In this document: piece by piece, positions 62,056 to 64,000 of the stretch
How the letters are laid out: each line of letters opens with the position of its first letter
How positions within the stretch are numbered: the first letter of the stretch is position 1
The notes under the pieces: generated by a model
What the model was told of the DNA's origin: nothing
The model's input: the letters and a program-made list of their open reading frames with translations, nothing else
The model's database searches: none
Position numbers and translations under genes: made by a program
Origin: Heptranchias perlo
Taxonomy: Eukaryota
Direction of reading: 5' to 3'
DNA: 64,000 nt
Assembly (NCBI RefSeq): GCF_035084215.1
Contig: NC_090358.1
Coordinates: forward strand, 23,436,001-23,500,000

Positions 62056-64000
62056 GGCCTCGGTTTTAGAATGGAGGCGGGATGGCAGCGGGCGGGTGGG
62101 GGGTGTCGTGGTAAATGAGCGCGTGGGTAACCTGACCAATAAAATATGTCAGTTTCCCATGCAATCGCAATTAAATTGGTGCCACTTAACGTGGCTTCCG
62201 GGTTTGCCGTCGGAAAGGTGCACAGTGGGCAGACTGCGCACCCGCATCACAGGCTGTCAGCTGGAGGAGCCCTATTTAAAGGGCCATTGCTCCAAAGCCT
62301 TTTGGTGGAGCAAAGACCCAGAAACCACAATGGAGCAGCACAAGGGCAAGGCTCCTCCAAGGTTCAGTGACGCCTCACTGCAGAAGCTACTGGACGGGGT
62401 GAGGAGGAGGAGGAGGGAAGTGTTTTACCCCGTGGATGGGAGGAAGTGCCCTGCCTCTGCCACCAAGAAGGCCTGGCTCGAGGTGGTTGTGGAGGTCACC
62501 AGCAGCAGTAACATCTCCCACTCCTGGATCCAGTGCAGGAAGCGGTTCAGTGACCTATCTAGGTCAGCAAAAGTGAGTACTCTTATTGATTCTCCTGCAT
62601 TCAGTGTTCCCCATCACCGCACCCCCCACCCCTACAACTCATTCTGCCAATTCTATTCCATCAAATCACTCCTCACACCCACTTACGGCTCATCCTCAAC
62701 CTACCTGCACTTCCTCACCTCCCAATTTGTGACCCCACTACTACCACTCACCCCAATCCTCATCCAATGCATCTCTTTCACGGTCAGCCTCACCCAAAGC
62801 AATGCATTCATCGGTTGGCCACTTCACCATCACTCACTCACGCCTGTTCTTTCTCCCCTTCTAGGAGAACAGAGCGCAAAATGCACGCGAGAGGGCGAGG
62901 ACTGGAGGGGGGCCACAACAAATAGTGGTCCTCACAGGCATCGAGCAGGAGGCACTCGAGATCAGCCGCATCCTCGAGTGCCTGTCCGTCGGGGATGGCG
63001 AGACTGGCACCCCACAAACGTCTGGTGACACAACTTTAACATTCATCACACACGACATGAAGTGGTGTTAACAATGCTTGGTATGTAGAACACCTCAGTA
63101 TGCTCATCGCAACATGACACATCTGTGATGATGCTTAATATCGCCTTCTGTTCTCTTACAGGCCCTTCAGCGACCACAGTGACAGCAGAGGGCGATTCCT
63201 CAGAGGACCTGCCAGCCTCTGAGGGTGCACCGTCACATCATAGTGAGCCATCCACCAGCGCAGATCCTCAAACCTCAGTGGGTCCTAGTACTCAGTTAGT
63301 TGAATTGGAACTTGGTGAGTCACCACACACAAGTGAGCACGAGCAGACACTGGTGGCAGGGGCAGCTGTGGAGAGTCCGCATCATTGGGAGCACTCCTCC
63401 CCAGGCTCTGCTCAGCTGGACGTAGATGAAGAACCCCGGGGGCCATCCTTTAAAAGGACAATGATCAAGGGACAGCAGCACATTTGCGAGGTACTGGAAC
63501 AGGTGCCACGCACACTCTCCACAATAGCGCAGAGGATGGAGGAGTCCAACTCCTGCATGAGTGGAATGGTGGCACAGGGACGGGAGGGAATCTCTGAGAT
63601 AGTGTCGCAGGGACGTGAACAAATGTCTGAGATAGTGTCGCAGGTAAGTGCGGGAATGTCTCTGATGGAGAGAAGGCCAACCTCCGTTGAGCTTCAAGCA
63701 TGGCTCATAAATGAGACCGTTCAGGCCCTAACAATGGTTGTTTGGACTCGGTGAACAACATTCTGCCGCCTTAAACAGGCTGACAGATATTTTAGAAGTG
63801 GCCTTCCAAGGCATCACACATGTCCACCACACTGTTGTCCAGCAGGGTGGTAGGAGTGATGTGGACCTGGCCAGGGGAGGGATGATGGCAAAAGGGGACA
63901 TGGAAGTGGGGACGCCACTGAAAGCGCTCCCACGTCTCACCCGTTGCCCCCCTCTCAACCAGTACCCGCAATGCTGCCACCTCTCCAGGTGGCCGAGTCT
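62056..64000 (+). mobile_element. PIF/Harbinger transposon, relative of 31419-34614 in the opposite orientation; runs off the window
   Basis: Terminus GGCCTCGGTTTTAG, subterminal GCGCGTGGGTAAC shared with 34561-34573, homologous Myb/SANT gene. Confidence 0.88.
62330..63754 (+). CDS. Harbinger Myb/SANT-like protein, predicted spliced ORF 62330-62572 + 62865-63024 + 63162-63754 (~331 aa; ends at a probable frameshift stop)
   Basis: TATTTAAA at ~62273-62280; ATG in ACAATGG context; canonical GTGAGT..CTAG and GTGACA..TTACAG introns with compatible phases (0, 1); no internal stop until TGA 63752-63754. Confidence 0.7.

Noticed and set aside
62054-63028. 324-aa ORF as a standalone gene
   Set aside because: It reads through the TIR/promoter and intron 1 of the Harbinger SANT gene; the real frame is spliced from ATG 62330.
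1-64000. Prokaryotic-type systems (CRISPR, operons, retrons, DGRs)
   Set aside because: All RT motifs belong to non-LTR CR1/L2 or Penelope elements; spliceosomal introns and vertebrate repeats occur throughout.

Overview
Vertebrate nuclear DNA, not prokaryotic; the repeat families point to a cartilaginous fish (shark), which is an inference. The only host coding sequence I can support is the 45-nt first coding exon of an endophilin-A gene (MSVAGLKKQFHKASQ|GT, most like SH3GL3) at 10837-10881 (+). Upstream is a TATA-less promoter with YY1, CRE, octamer and CCAAT motifs. Downstream is what appears to be a >53-kb first intron. Nearly all ORFs in the supplied track are transposon fragments or noise. 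The window holds CR1-type LINEs of two families, L2 remnants, tRNA-derived (DeuSINE-like) SINEs, Penelope-like elements, three PIF/Harbinger transposons (Myb/SANT gene with or without transposase remnants) and several MITEs. The most notable structures are three. (1) A 223-bp insertion with a 12-bp TSD, made of a perfect 89-bp inverted repeat that encodes a minimal hammerhead ribozyme on both strands (28877-29099). (2) Harbinger elements, one lacking the DDE core and one with a spliceable ~331-aa Myb/SANT ORF carrying an 11-aa repeat expansion. (3) An apparently exact 233-bp inverted duplication inside a CR1 RT. All coordinates were read by eye; fuzzy repeat ends are approximate.
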